Positions 33,976-47,310 of a stretch of 64,000 bases of DNA are shown in pieces (the stretch's first letter is position 1; every line of letters begins with the position of its first letter). The stretch is taken from positions 148,208-212,207 of the forward strand of contig NMRA01000094.1 in NCBI GenBank assembly GCA_002633005.1, given 5' to 3'. The position numbers and the translations under genes are program-made. The stretch comes from Phoronis australis (Eukaryota > Animalia > Phoronida). Under the pieces are notes generated by a model that had not been told where the DNA came from, did not search any database, and saw only the letters and a program-made list of their open reading frames with translations.

Positions 33976-36867
33976 CCCCCCCCCCCCTGTCGACTCCAGT
34001 TACACCTCCGCCATCACCCAGTTTCGTCCCGAGATCACTAGTTTGACCCCCCCCCCCCATCCCCTGTCGACACCCATTATACCCCCACTAGCTCCCCCAT
34101 TGTGTCACAACCAGTTGTATTCCCAACAACAGATTTGCTTTCCCTTTTGGTATCTTTAGCAAGTCCTTGGAAGGGGGAGTCATAAACTGCTGGTTTTGTC
34201 AAACTTTTGCCGTCGTGGTAAGATTCTTTCGTGGCCTTCGCCAATTTCGCACCTCATCATACAAGGCGTACAGACTACTGTTTGTGAAGCGAACTCCTGG
34301 GAGGCAAAGGAGCATTAATTTCAAACAATATTAAAAAACAATATTCAAATACCTGCTTGATTTAGACAAAGAAAATGGTACAGCGCTTATCGGCATATAA
34401 ACTTGCAAAACACGCCCGTTTTATTAGCAACCTGGCTCCTTTTAATGAAAGCTGTTGGTTCATTCAAACAGGTATAATGTTTGCACCGATGGAAATGTCA
34501 AAGGTAGAGGGGTAGTCAAATTATTTCTTACTCAGATTGAAAGGGATTTTGGGCTTGGAAAACCTGAGAGATCGTGACTGGCTCCGTCACTTTAAATATG
34601 TTATGTGCTAAGCTTACCCCACATTACAAAACAACCGTTAATTCTTCCCAAGCTAATCTATTAAAAAAATTTTGCTCAAGTCGGATTCATAGTAGATCTA
34701 CCGTTTTTGTTCGTCTTCAGAAACATGACATGCACATGCAAGCGAATCGAAGACCCAGCTGTAAGCGAATCACAGACCAATGCAGGCTGTAAACGAGCCG
34801 TAAGCCCATTTTCAAGGCAATTTAGTGATAGTTAATAATACTCATTGTTCGTGGTCAGTGCATACATTGAGTTCATGGCACGGACACTTCTTGTCCAAAG
34901 CGAGAGGCTGAATATACAAATGAAGGAATCGTTTGCTTAAAAGAACAAACAATCCATCGATAGCTTTACAAGAGCTAGAGAGTCGTATTCGATGTGTGCG
35001 GAAAACAGTAGTGCTTTTTATGAATTTTTACGGGTTCAAGCAGACATCCTGCAATTAAAATGATGCCTACTCTGTGTACATCATTCAAAAGCTAATCCTT
35101 TGTTTTAAAGTTTTTGCCGAAGTCGCATTCATAGCAGATTTGTCGCATTTGTTCGTTTTCCGACACATGATATATACATGGTAGACCCAGCGAATCGTAA
35201 ACCCGGCCATGTGTGCTGTTGAATAACAGTAAGCACATGCACCTACATGCGTTCGAAACACGTTGCAGACGTTGCATAATGAACACGAACTGCATGTGAT
35301 TCACGTTCACCGACGAGGCATGAACATTATGAGTGAGCCTCACTTATGTCAGTAACTATACGGGAACACCACTAGATCCAGGTAGCACCAATGAGCTACT
35401 ATCTTCTACATTTATCTCATTGGGTAACACCATGTCATTACTTACCAAAAGATGGCGTTTATGTTGTACTTCCCGTGTTAAAATGGTCGAACTGAAACGC
35501 ACACAAAACCAGGCGCATCTTACGAAAGCCGTCGTATACCAATTTTACATTTAAGTACAGGAACAACATTTTTGTTAAAACTTAGTTCTCAATACTACTC
35601 GATTTTTTGTAGGATTCTCTAAATGTTAGGACTAAAATGACTTACTGGATTACTGAATTTCTTATTTTAGAAAACTTTCAGTGAAGTTTGAACTCATATT
35701 TAAAATAGTTCTATTATGAGCATTTCTGAAAGCGGGCAATGACGTCACATTAATTCAGTACATTCATCATTCCTTGATTGCATATTGTAAAGTCCTTACC
35801 TAGCTCACCTGTTACTCAAAATTTTTAATGATTCACGCATAAAAATGCTGTGAGTGTTTGCTAAGGAACCTCCGACTATTTCATTGTTGTCAAAATTGGA
35901 GATCCGCCAATAATGACTTATCACCATCGGGCGCCCAGGCAGCCAGTCTCAGTGTGAAACAAAAATCGGTTCTTGTCTGTAACTGTGCCTGCCGGTACTA
36001 ATGTTTATGGTACCATAGACAATTTCTCCGTCATTACTGTTGGACTGTATTCCTTGGTAAATGGCTGAGATCGACGATTTTGAGTCACTCTCAGGGATAA
36101 AAAGGCAAGCGACGTCTGCTCTCGTAATACGAGAAGTAATACGAGAATTGTTGGAAAATCACTTTCTTTCGGTGCACATTTTTATTTGCGTATTTAACGA
36201 CACTATAGAATTGGAGTCCTTCTCCGAACTTCCGTGTCGAGTTTTCCCTAGTAAAGAGACTATACGAATCCTTCAGTGAAAAGTGCTTCCATCGCACGCG
36301 TCCAACCAGTTACTGTACCGATCAAAACGTGACATCAAACGGCGGTACATGTTTTTTCCGACAACCCTAGTGAACCCAGTCGTCGATCGATCTCCAGATA
36401 GAATGACGGTGAAATTATGCGAGAAGTCCTCAGAAATTATCCACAAAACGTTTAAAACAAGGACTGACTGCCAAACAACTTCAGTGCTTACACGGGCGAC
36501 AAAAACGAAGACTTTGCCGTAAAGAACTGCGATGAATTAGTCTATAGCCTAATTAAAACTGCCCGTGTCAGAAATCCTCGAGTTGATTTTTCCTAAACAT
36601 GATATTCACTTACTAGTAAATCACTTCAGCCCTTTTCAATTACTTAAACGGTCCAAAAATCTCGGAATGTTCAAATGGGCCCAACCCAGGGTACGTGCAA
36701 AAAAGCAAGGTACGCAAAGTCATGCACCAGTTCGAGTATGCTCGAGCGCTTTCTACCAAAATGGCGGACACTGAAATGATTGGGATGTTGAATTTTTGGC
36801 TAGATTTCACTGCTTTAGTTTTATAAGCTAAGTTTGGATTCGTGACAGCAATAAACGTCTGCGTATC

Positions 36868-37107
36868 CATGCAGGGGTAGGGCTCGGGGGGCTCGAACGA
36901 GCCCCCCATTTGGCGAAGTGGGCAAAAAGGTCCGCCCCTCAGAGACAAAAGTCCGTGAAAATGGGACAAAAGTTCACTAAAGCGCAAACGCGCACTTCAC
37001 AGTGGTGCTCCCGTTTTTTTTTTTAGTCCGCCCGCTCTTTTGTTAGCAAAAAGTCCACAAAGTCAGGAATTCGAGCCCCCCCATATTGAAGGCTGGGTGC
37101 GCGCATG
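36868..37107. mobile_element. CATGC...GCATG MITE with 5-bp TSD GTATC
   Basis: Exact TSD; related inverted copy at ~53322-53570 without a clear TSD. Confidence 0.65.
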
Positions 37108-37540
37108 GTATCGCTCTTTTTAGATTAATATAAAATTGTCTGTTATGAGTGTGAATGCGTTCTACGTTGATAAGCATGACGTATGGTATGTTAGTATTCC
37201 CGATCACCGCTGTACGTAAATAGTAACATTTACAACGAGGTCCGTTTTTGTTAAATAATTCTCAATCTTCACTAAAAACTACATCTGTTCGTTAGTTACC
37301 CAACGCTCTACGGTAGGGTCATGTTATATAGGTCACCAGAGGAATGTGTGGTTAACTGTATAGGAAAAGCACGAGATAAGGTACACAGGTGTAAGACAGT
37401 CTCCAATCGTCCACCTCGTACCCAACTGGATAGAGCACCACCATGATGTTGACTGAAGGCTCATCTCAACGTTCAAAATGTTGCAAAGGAAGTTCGATGC
37501 CGGCAGGGGCGAAGAATGGAATTGCTTTGACACCTTGGAA

Positions 37541-37720
37541 ATGTATATACTGACTGTAATATTTATACTGTCTATAATGTATATACTGACTATAATATTT
37601 ATACAGACTATAATGTATACGAGTATACTGACTATAATGTATATACTGACAATAATGCACATCTGACTATAATGTTTATGCAGACTATAATGTAGGGCCT
37701 ATATGACGGTTATAATGTGT
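37541..37720. repeat. 18-bp AT-rich minisatellite (ATGTATATACTGACTATA)
   Basis: Directly visible. Confidence 0.85.
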
Positions 37721-38401
37721 ACTGCAACACCCAGAGAAAGATCGCAGACAATGATTGCAAGCATAAAACTACCTTCTTGGCAAAGTATTCTTTCAATTAA
37801 TTTGTCGTACAGTTATTCTAAGCAAGTATTGTCTAATTCAATCGAATGCTTGGTGTACAAATAACACAAAAACGCTAACACGTTATTTCTTGTCATTTAG
37901 TGTAACGAACAGGGATATGTCCTGCATTATGCAGTAGATTAAAGTTAACTCTGTGAAAAACATAGTGTCCTATTATAAGAACCTCATCCACGCTCACCAT
38001 CTGTGCGATTTCAGTTTCAGATTGGATGTTTATTTGTACACAGTTACTAAAGCTCCTGCTGTAATCTTTCACACCCACTACTTCCATTATAGTTTAAATC
38101 GTCATCTGTCAAGTTAGTTCGTGCACTGTGAGTTTTCTTTTTATTGGAAACTGTTTCTTTTTTCTTTTTAATTCATTAATCAAGTATCTGTGTTTGGTGA
38201 AACAGTATGTCAATAAGACGGGTGGTCTTCTCATAATAGGCTTTAACTAGCAACTTTAAGTGGTCTACTGTCGCTGTCTGTTAGCTTACACTATTTAGAC
38301 CGCTTTTTGTTTGCTGCGTCTACTAAGTTCTCAATGTAGTTTTACAGACTGTTATTTTTTAAAGCCACGATGTGACTTATTGCTCATCGCACAGAACTGT
38401 C

Positions 38402-38490
38402 GTCACGTGATCAAAACACCACCACGAAACCTCCCGCCTGTCAATCAAGGGTGGCGTTTATATCAGTCAACCACTTAGGCCGGGTCATTT
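38402..38490 (+). promoter_or_regulatory. Putative foxl2 core/proximal promoter
   Basis: E-box GTCACGTGA (38402-38410), exact Pbx/Meis decamer TGATTGACAG on - strand (38438-38447), TTTATAT (38457) about 30 nt before Inr-like TCATTT (38485). Confidence 0.45.
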
Positions 38491-38732
38491 CACTTGAATA
38501 AATCCACAACTCCGTTCTACAATTACTTTCAAGTCGTGTGGCACTTCTCAAAGACGGGAGATGTCAAATTCATGACACAACGGTGAAAAGCCGTTCTAGA
38601 GCAGTCTTTGATTACGGTTCTATATAAACTACCAAGAGAACCGACTCGGCGTTTGGCATTTGACTATATGTTCGAGGCTGGACATTGAACGCTTGGTTTC
38701 TTTTTTTAAATTCTTGACGGTAAAGAAGACTC

Positions 38733-39677
38733 ATGTTGGTTGGAACAAAGCCCGAGATGTTTCCTGCCTTCACCAGTGACGAAAACATGAACTTTGGAGG
38801 CGGCCAGCACGTGGAAGACATTAGGCGACATGGATGCGTCAAAATGGAAGTAATGTCGCAAAATACAAATTGCCTTCGTACTAATGGACCGATGAAAAAG
38901 GAAGAGACTTTGACGAAATTCAATGATCAGTCGCAGCCGCAAAGTGGCAAGGGAGAAGGGAAGGAAGGGAAGAAAGAGGTGCTTCAGAAACCTGCATATT
39001 CTTACGTTGCTTTGATTGCTATGGCGATAAAAGAATCGCCAGAAAAGAAGTTGACATTGAGTGGAATTTATCAGTTCATCTTGAAGAAATTTCCTTATTA
39101 TGAGAAAAATAAGAAAGGTTGGCAAAACAGCATAAGACATAACCTGAGTTTAAACGAATGTTTTGTGAAAATTCCACGAGAAGGAGGTGGTGAGAGAAAG
39201 GGGAACTTCTGGGCGCTCGACCCAGCTTTCGATGACATGTTTGAAAAGGGTAATTATCGCCGTCGTCGACGTATGAAGCGACCCTACAGACCTCCAATTG
39301 CTTTACCTAAACCGCTATTCGCTGATGGATCCGCGTGCAATTTCAATGGGTTTGGGAGTCATCCAGGCGGTGGCTTCGGATTGGGTGCCCCTAAAACCTA
39401 TATGAGTTCTGGTTATAGCAGCCCGTGGTCGATACCTCATCCCGGCGTTCATGCACCCACTCACACTTCGGCTCAGCTGACGTATAATCCTTGTCAAAGA
39501 ATGCAAAGTATCCCGCCTTCTTTCAACTCGAACATGAGTCCGTACAGTCAGCACAACGTTCAGCCGAGTCCAATCTATGGAGACTACAGCTCGGCTTCAC
39601 CAGGGGCGTTCTCCTTTACGTGTCGACAACCGCAGAGCGACCACATACCTTATCCGTACTGGAACGACCGACAATAA
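38733..39677 (+). CDS. foxl2: Forkhead box protein L2 (intronless)
   Basis: 314-aa ORF with forkhead domain [14 protein letters not shown]...[59 protein letters not shown], diagnostic of FoxL2; C-terminal YPYW motif. Confidence 0.97.
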   Translation: MLVGTKPEMFPAFTSDENMNFGGGQHVEDIRRHGCVKMEVMSQNTNCLRTNGPMKKEETLTKFNDQSQPQSGKGEGKEGKKEVLQKPAYSYVALIAMAIKESPEKKLTLSGIYQFILKKFPYYEKNKKGWQNSIRHNLSLNECFVKIPREGGGERKGNFWALDPAFDDMFEKGNYRRRRRMKRPYRPPIALPKPLFADGSACNFNGFGSHPGGGFGLGAPKTYMSSGYSSPWSIPHPGVHAPTHTSAQLTYNPCQRMQSIPPSFNSNMSPYSQHNVQPSPIYGDYSSASPGAFSFTCRQPQSDHIPYPYWNDRQ

Positions 39678-40092
39678 CTGAACGAACTACATAGTACGGT
39701 GAGACAATTCAATAAGTATGTGCTGTGCGTTTGACTGTCCGAAATAAGCAGGAAATCAAACAAACGTACCCAAAGATGAAAGCACATTTTTGAAACAAAT
39801 TTTGTTTCTGACGGAGTGACTGAAACGGACATGAAAAGTGTCCAAGTTCCAAATAATATATGTAAACTGTTTCGAGATTTTTGGAAGATATTGACAGTTG
39901 CCATGATTGTGGTGAATGATCTACTTGCACATGTGTAGCGTATGGCGCAATGTCTCTCTTGTAAGGGAAAAGTGATCATCGTCTTTGAACGTTTAACGTT
40001 GTGCTCGCTCTTGAATATATTTTTATTGTGTGTGGTTAAATTCAGTTCAATTGGGATTTCATGGCCTTGCGTAATATAGTCGTTCTGAAGAA

Positions 40093-40098
40093 AATAAA
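40093..40098 (+). promoter_or_regulatory. Candidate foxl2 polyadenylation signal
   Basis: AATAAA about 415 nt after the stop codon. Confidence 0.4.
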
Positions 40099-42400
40099 TG
40101 AAAGATGTCAAAATATCGAATTAAATATTTTCATAAGAAATTCCCAGAGTAGAATACGAACCAAATTCTTGGCTTCCATTGGTTGATAACTCTATTTACA
40201 AAAGTGCAGCTTTGTATATATGACAAGGGTGGAAATTCAGTGGCGGATCTAGGATACCATAAGGTGGGGGGCCCAACATGTTGCCTCAGGGAATTGGGCA
40301 AAGCGCGATTGTTTGTGCACAGGCCTGAAAGTGCGGGAGCCGGGGATGTGGACCTTCTGTTCAGAAAGTCTATTGGTGGAGACTAAAAAAAAAAACGGGA
40401 ACACTATTCCGCCGCGACCTGAGGTCTGAGCCACCCCTCATCCGCTACCGGTCCTAGTTACTGAATTCAATATTTCCTCAAGCTTCACGGTCTTGTTGTT
40501 TCATTCTGATTGCGGCCCCCTGCCCCCCCCCCCCAAATCCGCCTATGAAATTGTTGTAATCAAGAAAGAAACTACGCGCTTTTGTCTTTGTTCTTATTGA
40601 TGAGCTTCGTTATACTTCAAAGGAATAAAGAGTTGATTTCATCACAGCCAAGATCCCGTTTTAATCAGTATTTTTTAAATTCATGGCAGTGCTAACCAGT
40701 CAATATTATGAAAGAACAACTTTGAAATAACAAGTCAACTGAGCCGTAAAGATCTATGAAATAAGCGGGAGAACGAAAATTGTGGAGAGACTCTAGTAAG
40801 TCAGTAAGTTGCACGTGCATCCTGCAGTTGAATGACTAATTTCAAATAGTCATGTATCTAAAATGTTAAAAAGTGTCTCAATTAAAACGCTTTTAAGCCT
40901 GTAACATAATCGTCTTGATTACGAAAGTTCTCTGCGTAATTATTGCAAGCCTCTGATGCTGAGGCTGCGAAACTTGAATAGGTTTTTTCATTGGTACGTA
41001 AAGCGAATGCATTTGCAGTCAAGAAGTTTAATTGCTTTATTGGAACAAAATCCCGTATGCATAATTTTAATGTGTTAAAACAAGAAGATGGAGTTATTTT
41101 TCCGTTGTTTTAGCTCGAAAAAATATTTTTTCCACAAACCGACTTGTAGTAAAGGAATATAACACAGTTGCGTTTAGAAATTATTTCCGTTCATTTAGAC
41201 GTTATTGAAATATTATTTTCGTATTTTCGAAGTAAGAAATTTTCCTTGTTTTACATAGAATTAAAGCAAGGTCTATACAATGTATTATTTTATACTTTTG
41301 CGAAGTATTAAAGTTCTCTCAGCGGCTGTAGAAACGTTGTTCCAGGGAGAACGCACTTGCATGTGGTTTGAATTTTTATCTGTGTTAAACAAATTGCGTT
41401 TTTCCCTGTTTAGCTGGCTAAGAAACGAAAATATAATTAGAATTTTACTCTCATAAAATGGTCTAACAATAATCCTCGCCGGAATAGGATGCTACTTCCG
41501 TTTCCTACTCAAGTCACAAGCAATGCGTTTATGCCCCATGCAATTTTTTTAGGTGGTCGAAGCGCCCTCGTGAGTGGCTGATGGTCTCGGTGTTCTTGTT
41601 GCCAGGATCAAATGCAGCTTTAAAATACTAACAAACAAGCATTTGATAAACTGAGGAGGTGACCTTTGCGTCTTCATCATTTATTGGAGTAAAACCTTGG
41701 TAAAATGAGTGATCTATAGTTGATAAGAAATAAAAGTTGGTGACATTAAAAGAACAAATTGTTAGCAAGGCGTTATCACAAAATCATAAAGTTTGCCAGT
41801 TGCAAATAGTCAGAAGTCGTACAAGAAGCCTCTTTCATCATTCTATCTGTAGAACCACCAACATAATACCAGTGCTACGATAAATGCTGCAGGAAGAGTT
41901 AAGTTAATGGTCCTCATAGATAGCCTCCTGTAAACGTTGAAAATGCTGTTGGTGCTGGTCTAAACCAAGGTGAAACAATAGGATTTGACTAATTTCTAAA
42001 TGACTTTGTCTTCACGTTATTTCGTCTAGATTGTTCGTTAACCATTACTGAACGAGTGAACCTACCGTACACTCCGTTGTCACACGATCGCTTTCACTTT
42101 TTACAAACTCCCAAGAACCTAACGTAAACAAGACATAAACACGAGCCGCATAGCTACATTAAAAGAACACTCTCGTGAAAAGTGTATTTATTTGCATTAA
42201 ATTAGAGGAATATTTAGTTAAACCAAAACGATATCTTAAAAGCAATTTTGTCACGTATCAAATATCCAAGAAACGTTGAGTGACTTCGAACAGAACCGTT
42301 TCGACCAAGCAAATAGTAATTTTGTTATTTGAACGTGGCAAAATGCGAGCAAAAGAAATTGTCTCTAACGTGTCGGTTTTTCGTTACCACGGAAAGCTGG

Positions 42401-42585
42401 TCACTTTGACTGACATGCAACGTCCAGGAAAGTTATATTGATGATGTTCATTTTGACCGACATGCAACGCCCAGGAAAGTTATATTGATGATGTTCACTT
42501 TGACTGACATGCAATGTCCAGGAAAGTTATATTGATGATGTTTACTTTGACTGGCATGCAACGTCCAGGAAAGTTATATTAATGA
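42401..42585. repeat. 47-bp minisatellite, ~4 copies
   Basis: Unit TCACTTTGACTGACATGCAACGTCCAGGAAAGTTATATTGATGATGT. Confidence 0.9.
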
Positions 42586-45500
42586 AAGGGCATGCATATG
42601 ATACTGGGAAAACTGGGACAAATACAAGAAATGATGCCAGGCAGGTAACGGTAATGTCCCATAGTTGATAATGTGAAATTGATTGGACTGACAAAGTTTT
42701 ACATTACATAATCCCATGGTTTTTACAAGAGGTTTCAAAACATTCTCCACTTTTTGTAACAATTCTTAGAACAAAATATGAGCACAGGAAAAGCTAATGA
42801 ATAAGCAGACATCGGGACATCGCAATTGATCAGTAGTGAGCAGTCATTTACACTGACTATAACTTAATGTTAAAAATCATCAACCACGTGTTTGTCTGTA
42901 AATTCTCATTTTTCATATTTTCTTATCAAAATGTATGTCCTGACATCGAAGTTTCAAATTGAGGTTATCAGACAGTTGTCGTCTGCTCCGGAGACGACTG
43001 AAAAAATTGCCTCGCCAATGCCACGTGACAGACACATCGCCAACGTCCACACGCACACTTTCCAGATCTAGAACTGAGCTGACATTCCGCCGACCCGAGC
43101 TAAGTGCCTCGATTTAATTGCTAAATGATGTCGTTAGATCAGGTAAAACACCTTAACAAGAAAAATGTTGTTATTGCAATTACGACTGATGGATACATAA
43201 ATAGCTGACTAATTAAGTCTGACAACCCGCGGCACAGGTTCGACTGAAGATGATACCAGTGAAGGTATGAGGCAGCACAGACAATCTTGCTAGAGTCTAT
43301 CATGTGCAAACTATTTCCAGGTCCGCGCGAAGAATGATGGTGTCACGAACATATTGTGGTTTGGGGCGGGTAAAACCCAGGAGCCACAGGGGCCATTGCA
43401 AAATATCGAGGGCGCCAATCACTTTAGCCGTCTCTTGGCGACAGACCTGCATGAGACATACAATGACAGTATATGGACCCGGGGTGCAGTTTCCTAGCTT
43501 CTAATGCGATTACTAATAGCGATAGTGTTAATGTCAATGGTAGTAACTATAACAGTCTACAAGACTTGGGACCCTTCAACGGGGAGCGCCCATCAACGCT
43601 TATCATTTAAGTCACCTTTACTGTCCTGACATTTTACTGTTTCGGCAAGATTGCCAATCAATCCATCAAGCTAAGTCAAGCCCCAACGTATCTCTGGCGG
43701 ACCACTACACTACGTGATCATACAATGGCTTAACTTCCATTGTCATATGTGGGAAACGGTTTGACTATCTGCACAGTCAATTTTAAATCTTCTTTCACTT
43801 CATCAAGATATAAACAAGTAACAAGGGTGCTTTTTCTACTTTTTATGCCTGTCGAATCGCTGATGACAAACTTAGGGATCAAGCGAAACTTGCTGGCTTC
43901 GGTGGCTCGCAATAGCTGGCTGTTTATTATGGCTCAAGATTGTTGTGACGAATGTTTTCACACCGCGATAAATTTGTTTTTAAACAACGTACACAACCAA
44001 CGAAGAGTTACCGTCGAGGTCTGTACGTGTTGTCTAATGTCTAATGACAAACTTGGAGCTGAGTTGACATAATCATGGCGTGCATAACATTGAACGCGCG
44101 ATGACAGATTGTGTTTGACAAACTGAGTGTATATTATACAGCCGGGTGTTATATACTCCAACAGTCAATCAAGTATGTTTCACGGACTTTACAGTCAATA
44201 TTTGACTGCTGGGTTTCACAACATAAAACAATTTAAAAACCGAGGTAACTAGTGCTCGCTCTCACGTAGAATCAATATGATGTTCTCCTCCCACTGACAA
44301 GGGTGTTACTCTTCATCAGAGTAGTCCCGGTGAAAAATGATACCAACATTGGTCAGTGCAAATTACACGAGGGTTAGTTAGGTATATGTATCGGTTTTAC
44401 TTCTTTGGGACGCAGCACAAAGCATTTTGTCTACAGTAAAATGAGTTAGTAAATGTACATCAAACCCCAATCTACAGTCAAAGTTCGTTATGAGTTCTGG
44501 ATTGACTCTACCGGCGGAGGGATACATACGCGTATTCATCCGTATGGAGTCTATATGAATGAAATAAGAAAATGCAGAACACCAATATTTCCTAAATGAC
44601 ACATTGTCTATGAACATTGGGTGTAGCACAAAAAGTCAGAGGCCTAGCAAGGTAGACCGATTTCCTGTAAAGAGCTAGCCTCTCAATAGTCCAGATCTGA
44701 CAGTGCTAAAGTGGTGCGAGTCGACTTTCACGGACTCAGCGCCTCCACCCGTGCACTCGATGAAAGCTGTCTCGCGAACGCTTTAATTGACATCTGAGTT
44801 TATTTACCAATTCTTCGCTAAGTAGTGCATCGTAAGCACGCGAAATGCTAAAAGTTAAACAATAATAAAAAAACGACAACGCGTGTTAGAATTCGATGGT
44901 AACTTGTGAAAATAGTCGAAAGCAATTAAGGAAGCTTTTTAATTAAATGGGGTTAAATTTGAAACACTTGAAGCGATTAGTTTTCACCACGAGATGACGT
45001 ACAAGTGAGTGCCTGTTGTCGAAAGAATATAACAGTTTGAAACTATGAAAGAAATTGTGATTAAAGCATTCGCAATATGGTGGTGGGGGGAGGGGGGGGG
45101 GGNTGGTACAATTATAATAATAATTGGAACAACGAACTCTGCGACGGTTTTATAAGTAGATTTAACGAAGCGTGACCTCTCAAACGATAACGTATATTAT
45201 GGTTTATCAATTTAGGAAAGATACCAAGATTTAAGTATTCTCGTGACGGTGCCTCTCGATTCAATGTCATTTGAGATAAAACGATGGTGCTCTACTGTCC
45301 TTGTTGATGAGAAATAAATCATGTCAAAATTAATAAAACAATCATACAACTGTGATATCTTCGTGTCTGCTGGACAGGGTTCCATGTAGACACCAAAAAT
45401 TCGTGTGTAGGAGCGCTGTTAACAATCATTTTCATTTTGCGAAATCCTTTTTCAGGAACAACAGGACCAACTCATTATTTTTATGTTGTAACATAAAAAA

Positions 45501-47124
45501 CGAATGACGCTGGCAGACACTTGACCAGACATTTTGGCTGTGGAGACTGAGTACCAACCTTAAACAACAAGAGCTAAATTTTATGGGAAAATGTTTGACG
45601 AACATAAGACACCAACGGTTAACATTTACTGCACATCACTTTCACATGAACACGGAGTCATTAACAGTGCGTTAAGAAAAGTTTAAATATTTTTTGTTTA
45701 ATTTCAGTGAGCAAAAATATTGATACAATGTGTTACAAAAACATTTTATATCCAAAACATTTCTCTTCGAAACATTTAATATTCACAACAAAGACGGTTT
45801 TATTAAACAATACTTCCTTTTGTTTTGATTACAGGAAAAGTTCGTACGATCAAAAGGTTACGAATTGCACCAAAATATAAGAGCATCTAACTGACGTTTA
45901 CAGACGTACAAAACGTTGTGTTACGTAATTCAACAAATGGTGATTTGCGTCCGTTGCAACTTTAAAATTTTTGGCAGTGAATTAGTTTAATGTTGCCTAC
46001 TTGTCACGTGATTACTGCTAGTTTTATTATTTGCACGTGAAGGTGAAGTAGTGATACTCAAAAGAAACAAAAAATAACAAGTCTCGCGGATCAGATGTAT
46101 AGTTTCTCCACGTAGATTTGATTGAAGAGAAAAGTTCCATTGTATTTCCAGTTTTAAACACAAATGTGAAAAGCAGTACTTGCATAGTCTCTAAGAAATA
46201 AACAAGTATAATTCGTTAGAACATGCGTTATTCCTTAAAGAAACAACGTGACTTAATTGCGAATTTATCTTTATTTGTTCCGATGAAAGACAAATAATTC
46301 TACAAGTTCACCTCTAAAGTTGGCATCTATGGGTATATATCGCCTGCTAGATTACCGTTATTGCCAGTGAAAAGTAACATTACACGGACCTCGGAATAAC
46401 AAAGCAAGAATAAGTACTAACACTGACCAGATCAAAAGAAATCTCCAACTAAATAAGAACGTTTTTCAGTGGATGTTGAGAATCATGGCACATGTTTTTT
46501 TTTCTAAAGAAATGGAAAGCGCAAAGAAAAGACTTAAAAAAGTGAACTGAACGAGGAGTTGTAGCAATAAATGTGAGAGACAAGCAGCCGCTGCAGAAGG
46601 AGGTGGAGAAAATTGAGTCAGACAGCTAATTGGGCTTTGCGTTCAGAGGTGTGCAAATTTGCTTTTTGTTCAGTTCAATTCCAATCGTGTGAATCATTTC
46701 GCAATCAAAAACGATACTTCTATAAAAGTTTTAATCTGTTTTTAATATCAATCAGTGCGTTTCGATCATCAATTTCACGTTGGGATAAATGTCTGAAAAT
46801 GTGAATTTGACTGAGCATACGATTGAGGATATGTGCCTATTTCATTTAGATCAGATGGCGCGCACTTCTTAACATTGAAGAAAATTACTACTCAACGTGA
46901 TTAGGTTTAAAAAATTAGCACGCGTTGAAAGAGCATTATTTAGGTATAAGTGTTGACTAAATCTGTTTGCATTAAAATCTTTTCATAAGTGAAACTAACA
47001 GAAACAATAATAACAACAATAACAAATTATGTTAAGCGTTGCTGGAAAGAAGATTTAATTGTGCATTTAAATCTAGCTATGGTTGGAGGTGATGGAACAG
47101 AAGATGTACTGACCGTCGGTCAGC

Positions 47125-47310
47125 GTACTGACCGTACTAGGCCGGGCCTACATGGTGTTCTCCGTCGGTGAGTGTACTGATCGTACTAGGCCGGGCCTGC
47201 ATGGTGTTCTCCGGCGGTGAGTGTACTGATCGTACTAGGCCGGGCCTGCATGGTGTTCTCCGTCGGTGAGCGTACTGACCGCAGGCCTGGCCAACATGGT
47301 GTTCTCCGTC
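47125..47310. repeat. 49-bp GC-rich minisatellite, ~3.5-4 copies
   Basis: Unit GTACTGATCGTACTAGGCCGGGCCTGCATGGTGTTCTCCGTCGGTGAGT. Confidence 0.9.

Noticed and set aside
38612-40111. Antisense ORFs overlapping foxl2 and its 3' UTR
   Set aside because: Shadow ORFs without recognisable motifs or splice structure
43244-43900. Hammerhead-like CTGAAGA (43244) and CTGATGA (43860) motifs
   Set aside because: First lacks GAAA after its stem; second cannot form convincing stems I-III
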